Source of the DNA: an uncultured bacterium
GTDB taxonomy: Bacteria > Latescibacterota > Latescibacteria > Latescibacterales > Latescibacteraceae
Length of the DNA: 39,081 nt
Direction: 5' to 3'
NCBI GenBank assembly: GCA_964400815.1
Contig: CAYNWJ010000001.1
Span: forward strand, 7,757 to 46,837
Shown piece after piece: positions 35,465-39,081 of the stretch. The notes beneath the pieces were generated by a model. It worked only from the letters and a program-made list of their open reading frames with translations, ran no database searches and was not told the origin of the DNA. The position numbers and the translations under genes were made by a program. Position 1 is the stretch's first letter. Each line of letters opens with the position of its first letter.

Positions 35465-36540
35465 TATTCACTATCCTCCGCACTCTCACGCGCTTCGTAG
35501 TCGCCGGTGATGTTGACACGCTCGCCGCTTACCAGGTCATGCTGCCCCCGGACGATGACACGGTCACCGGACTGAACACCTTTCGTCACCATAAAGAACA
35601 GGTCGCTGGAGGCGCCGATCTCGACAGTGCGCTTCTCCGCCGTGCTGTCCGGGAGGGCCACCAGCACGCTCCTGCCCTCCTGGGCCTCGACGACGGCGTT
35701 GACCGGCACCATGAGCGCGTTCTCGTGGACCTTCCGGAGCAGACGGGCGTCGCCCATGATACCTGGACGGATGATGCCGTCCCGGTTCTTAACCACGATC
35801 TCGGCGGGGAACGTTCTGACCGACGTGTTCGCCTCGGGGGAGACATAGTCGATGGTACCCTTGAACCGTTCGCCGGGAATGGCGTCGAAATGGACGATGA
35901 CACGGTTGCCCTTTTTGAAATCGGCGATGTATTTTTCGGGGATGCCGGTGTTGATCTTCACCCGGTCGGTGTCGACAATCCTGAACGCCGGGCTTCCGGG
36001 ACCGAGCAGATCGCCCACCTCGGCCATGCGCCCGGTGACCGTGCCGGCAAAGGGCGCCTCGAGCGTGGCTTCCTCGAGCCGTTTTCGGGCGATATCGAGG
36101 GCGCTCTCCGACTGGGTGAGCTGGAACTTCGCCGCGTCATAGGCCGCCTCGGTGATGCTGCCTTCGCGGAAGAGCTTCTCGCTGCGCTGGAATTCCTTCC
36201 TGTTGTACTCGACCGTGGCCTCAGCGTTCTGGAGATTCGCCCGGAGGACCACGTCATCGGTCTCCAGAAGCACATCACCCGCGCTTACCCTGTCACCCTT
36301 GTCCGTGTGTATGGTTGTCACCCTGCCGCCGTTGGTGAGGCCGAGATTGACCTCGCGATAGGCGCTGACAACCGCGGGAAGTGTTATATATTCCTCGAAG
36401 TCGGTCGGTGTCACCGTGTATACGGCGACATTGGTCACCTTCTCGGCCACCGCACCCGCATCCTCGGGCGCTTCGTTCCCGCCGCAGGAAGCCGCCAGGA
36501 TCATGACGGCGATACCGATGATAAGCATACGTTTCTCCAT
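35464..36540 (-). CDS. RND efflux periplasmic adaptor (MFP), lipoprotein
   Basis: Lipobox LAASC, lipoyl half-motifs GDRVSAGDVL and LEAPFAGTV; start 36540 has AGGAAG RBS. Confidence 0.92.
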   Translation of the reverse strand: MEKRMLIIGIAVMILAASCGGNEAPEDAGAVAEKVTNVAVYTVTPTDFEEYITLPAVVSAYREVNLGLTNGGRVTTIHTDKGDRVSAGDVLLETDDVVLRANLQNAEATVEYNRKEFQRSEKLFREGSITEAAYDAAKFQLTQSESALDIARKRLEEATLEAPFAGTVTGRMAEVGDLLGPGSPAFRIVDTDRVKINTGIPEKYIADFKKGNRVIVHFDAIPGERFKGTIDYVSPEANTSVRTFPAEIVVKNRDGIIRPGIMGDARLLRKVHENALMVPVNAVVEAQEGRSVLVALPDSTAEKRTVEIGASSDLFFMVTKGVQSGDRVIVRGQHDLVSGERVNITGDYEARESAEDSE

Positions 36541-36544
36541 GTCC

Positions 36545-37909
36545 CTACTTCCTCCCTTTCGAATCATATTCAAGGATGCCAAGCGCCTTTTTCAGATTGA
36601 TTTCCGCTGTTTTGCCGTCGAAGAGAGCATTCGCGAGATTGGTCTTCGAGGATTCGAGGGCGAGCTGGGCGTCCAGAACCTCCAGTTGTGTCGCCCTGCC
36701 GTTACGGTACATGGACTCGGCCATCTCGACCGCCTTTTCCGCCTCAGTGACGTTCATGTTCCGGCTCTCGATCTGGGTGACCGCCTTGCGGAGATTCATG
36801 ACCCCTTCCTCGATCTCGATGATGATGGCGTCGCGGGTCTTTTTGTAGTCGGTTTCGGCCTTGCGGCGGTCCACCTTCGCCTGCTGGTATTTCGCCGTGT
36901 TCCTGAACCCGCTGAAAATGGGGAATGTCAGGCTCACATTCGCCATCCAGTAGGGGTTCCAATCTTCGGCGGCGTATTTGAAGGTATCGAAGTTTCCCAC
37001 ATAGGCGAAGGTCGTCCCCGCGGTAAGCGAGGGCAGAAAATCGCCGAGCGCGATACGCACCGCCTTGTCCTGCAGATCGATGTTGTATTCTGCGGCGCGG
37101 AAGTCCGGACGGTTTTTCAGGGCCGTTTTCGCCTCGGCCATCCTGAAGACCGTCGTGTCCGGAGACGCGAGCTCGCCGTCGATGGTCAGGGGCGCGCCGG
37201 GCTCCACTCCGAGCGACTCGCGAAGCCTGAGCATGGCGATGTTCACACTGTTCTCGGCTTCTATGAGATCGGGCCTGGTGTTCTCCACATGTACCCGCGC
37301 GCGGAGCAGGTCGTATTCCGTGGCCGCTCCGGCCTCGTGGAGGATTTCCACGTTCCGGCGATGCTTTTCGGCAAGCTCGAGGGACTCGCGGGTGATATCC
37401 ACCAGTTCCTGTGCCAGGAGAATACCGTTGAACGCGTTCATGACACCGTTCACCACGTTCTGCTCGACTGTTTCATAGGTTTCGTCGGACATGCGGCGGT
37501 ATATTTTCGCCGCTTCGAGCGCCGTACCGACCTTTCCGCCGATCCAGATCGGCTGGGTGAGGCTGGCGCCCAGGTTCACCTGATGATCGGTTCCGACCTT
37601 CAGCCGATTTTTCTGAAGGTTTCCCTTCTCGTCGGGGAACTGGATCACGAACACCTGGGGCTTCAGGTTTTTGTCCATGGTCCATTGGCCGTTGATCTGG
37701 GGATACGCTGCAGCGGCCGCCTCCGTCACCTGGAATTTCGCGCGCTTCGTTTCCTCGCGGGCCTTGATGATCTCGCGGTTGTTCTCCAGCGCCACATCCA
37801 CTGCCCTGTCAAGGGTCAGATCGATCAGGCTTTCTGCGCCTGCCGATGGCGCCGGGAGAACCGCGATCAGGGCCGCGACAAGAAACGCCTGCACGAATCG
37901 CATCGTCAT
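36545..37909 (-). CDS. TolC family outer-membrane efflux protein
   Basis: Signal peptide, LTLDRAVDVALENN, LTQPIWIGG, FPIFSGF, YRNGRATQLEVLDAQ; start overlaps TetR stop. Confidence 0.93.
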   Translation of the reverse strand: MTMRFVQAFLVAALIAVLPAPSAGAESLIDLTLDRAVDVALENNREIIKAREETKRAKFQVTEAAAAAYPQINGQWTMDKNLKPQVFVIQFPDEKGNLQKNRLKVGTDHQVNLGASLTQPIWIGGKVGTALEAAKIYRRMSDETYETVEQNVVNGVMNAFNGILLAQELVDITRESLELAEKHRRNVEILHEAGAATEYDLLRARVHVENTRPDLIEAENSVNIAMLRLRESLGVEPGAPLTIDGELASPDTTVFRMAEAKTALKNRPDFRAAEYNIDLQDKAVRIALGDFLPSLTAGTTFAYVGNFDTFKYAAEDWNPYWMANVSLTFPIFSGFRNTAKYQQAKVDRRKAETDYKKTRDAIIIEIEEGVMNLRKAVTQIESRNMNVTEAEKAVEMAESMYRNGRATQLEVLDAQLALESSKTNLANALFDGKTAEINLKKALGILEYDSKGRK

Positions 37910-38565
37910 CACTGTGCCGCCTCCTTCCTTTCCGCTATGCCGTTGAAGAGGATGTCCATGAAACTCTCTATGTTCATTTTGAGCTGCTCCAGAGTCTCGC
38001 ATTCCCAGCGGGTCATGAGCAGATTGTCGAGTGCGCCGTGGATGACCCCCCGTATGGACTGGGGATTGATGTCCTTTCTGAGCTCGCCCGTGTCCTGGGC
38101 CTCGGCGATCTTTTGATCGGCGAAGGCAAAGAACCGGCTGTGCATCTCGTTGAGCTCGACCGACCGGTCGCCGGAAAACACCCGGTACTTGTTCGCATGG
38201 TGCGCCATGATGATGGTGAAGAAATCCTCGAATTCGAACGAATATTCCGCGAACGATTTGTACAGATCCTCCAGTTCCTCGCGAAAAGTGCGCTCGCCCT
38301 TTACACACCGGTGGATGAGTTCGCTGAAGGTTTCGCTCTTGTCCTGGATGATCTCATAAAGCAGGTCCTCCTTGCTCGAGAAATACAGGTAGAGGGTTCC
38401 CTTCGAAAACTCGGCCTCCTGCGCGACCTCGTCGAGTGTGGCGTTGAAGAATCCCTTCAGCGCGAACACGCGGGTCGCCGCGTCCATGATCTCACGGCGG
38501 TGCTGGAGTTTTTCCCGTTCCCGCCGTGTCAATGTGTCATCTCCCGTGTTCTGTTTATAGGTCAT
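37909..38565 (-). CDS. TetR/AcrR family transcriptional regulator
   Basis: IMDAATRVFALKGFFNATLDEVAQEAEFSKGTLYLYFSSKEDL HTH; GGAGG RBS before 38565 (alternative start 38580). Confidence 0.95.
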   Translation of the reverse strand: MTYKQNTGDDTLTRREREKLQHRREIMDAATRVFALKGFFNATLDEVAQEAEFSKGTLYLYFSSKEDLLYEIIQDKSETFSELIHRCVKGERTFREELEDLYKSFAEYSFEFEDFFTIIMAHHANKYRVFSGDRSVELNEMHSRFFAFADQKIAEAQDTGELRKDINPQSIRGVIHGALDNLLMTRWECETLEQLKMNIESFMDILFNGIAERKEAAQ

Positions 38566-38744
38566 CCGTTCCGCCTCCATTCGTCATGGTGAATCCCATG
38601 GATCATAGTGTATCGTCCCCGTGTTAATGACTGGTTGTTTATTTGTTAGCATTTGGTTTCATATAATAACATTTTGGTTCATTTTATTGTCCATCGGTAT
38701 ATAATATAGTTTATGATTTCATTTAATGCAATGGTTATTTATAG

Positions 38745-38763
38745 AATGAACTGATAGTTTATT
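38745..38763. promoter_or_regulatory. Imperfect palindrome, possible TetR operator in AT-rich divergent promoter region
   Basis: AATGAACT-GAT-AGTTTATT (1 mismatch). Confidence 0.3.
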
Positions 38764-38914
38764 AATTTGCATGCCAATATTTATTGGGGCCGTGTATTTT
38801 TTGTCTGTAACATCTTTGTTTACAGACTTATTCCTTGAATTCCCGTCGCCGTGTCCGTACATTATGAAAGGAGTTCTCAACCAACAACGACCGTTTGGGG
38901 AAGGGGGATGCGCC

Positions 38915-39081
38915 ATGTTTACCAGGGAATACAGGGGAATGAAGTGCCGCAGAATGGGGAGTTCCGGCCTGTGGGTCTCGGAAGTGGGCCTCGGCCTGTG
39001 GAAATGGGGGGATCCGTCATACGACCAGTCGCGGGTGGGTGATCACGACGGTTTCACAATTCTTGACCGTGCGCTGGAACT
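38915..39081 (+). CDS. Aldo/keto reductase (partial, runs off window)
   Basis: Own translation MFTREYRGMKCRRMGSSGLWVSEVGLGLWKWG...ILDRALE matches the AKR N-terminus. Confidence 0.85.
   Translation, partial: MFTREYRGMKCRRMGSSGLWVSEVGLGLWKWGDPSYDQSRVGDHDGFTILDRALE

Noticed and set aside
32363-38565. RND efflux operon as phage cargo or novel system
   Set aside because: Lies beyond the tRNA boundary; ordinary TetR-TolC-MFP-AcrB host operon

Overview
About 1-32.1 kb is the right-hand part of a siphovirus-type prophage, all on the + strand. It carries terminase, an SPP1-like portal, head genes, a non-contractile tail with a probable -1 frameshifted tail chaperone, tape measure, tail tip/fibre genes, lysis genes and a separately promoted cluster of small accessory genes. 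It ends at the 3' end of an intact minus-strand tRNA-Tyr(GUA), the likely att site. No integrase, repressor or replication module is visible, so these presumably lie left of the window. The rest (32.3-39.1 kb) is host DNA: a TetR-TolC-MFP-AcrB RND efflux operon (- strand) and the start of an aldo/keto reductase. The most striking observation is four glycan-modifying enzymes threaded individually into the virion morphogenesis operon, next to unusually Thr-rich structural proteins: a PIG-L deacetylase, a GT4 glycosyltransferase, a SAM methyltransferase and a flagellin/SunS-type GT2-TPR glycosyltransferase. This suggests a phage-encoded virion glycosylation pathway. Also notable: an acr/aca-like accessory cluster (duplicated operator-bearing promoters, repeated start-associated motifs, a very acidic small protein, an AAA+/vWA pair, DUF932, HTH), and a DUF2292-linked attenuator-like RNA structure ahead of the capsid genes. 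Family assignments come from motif recognition by eye; no database searches were run.
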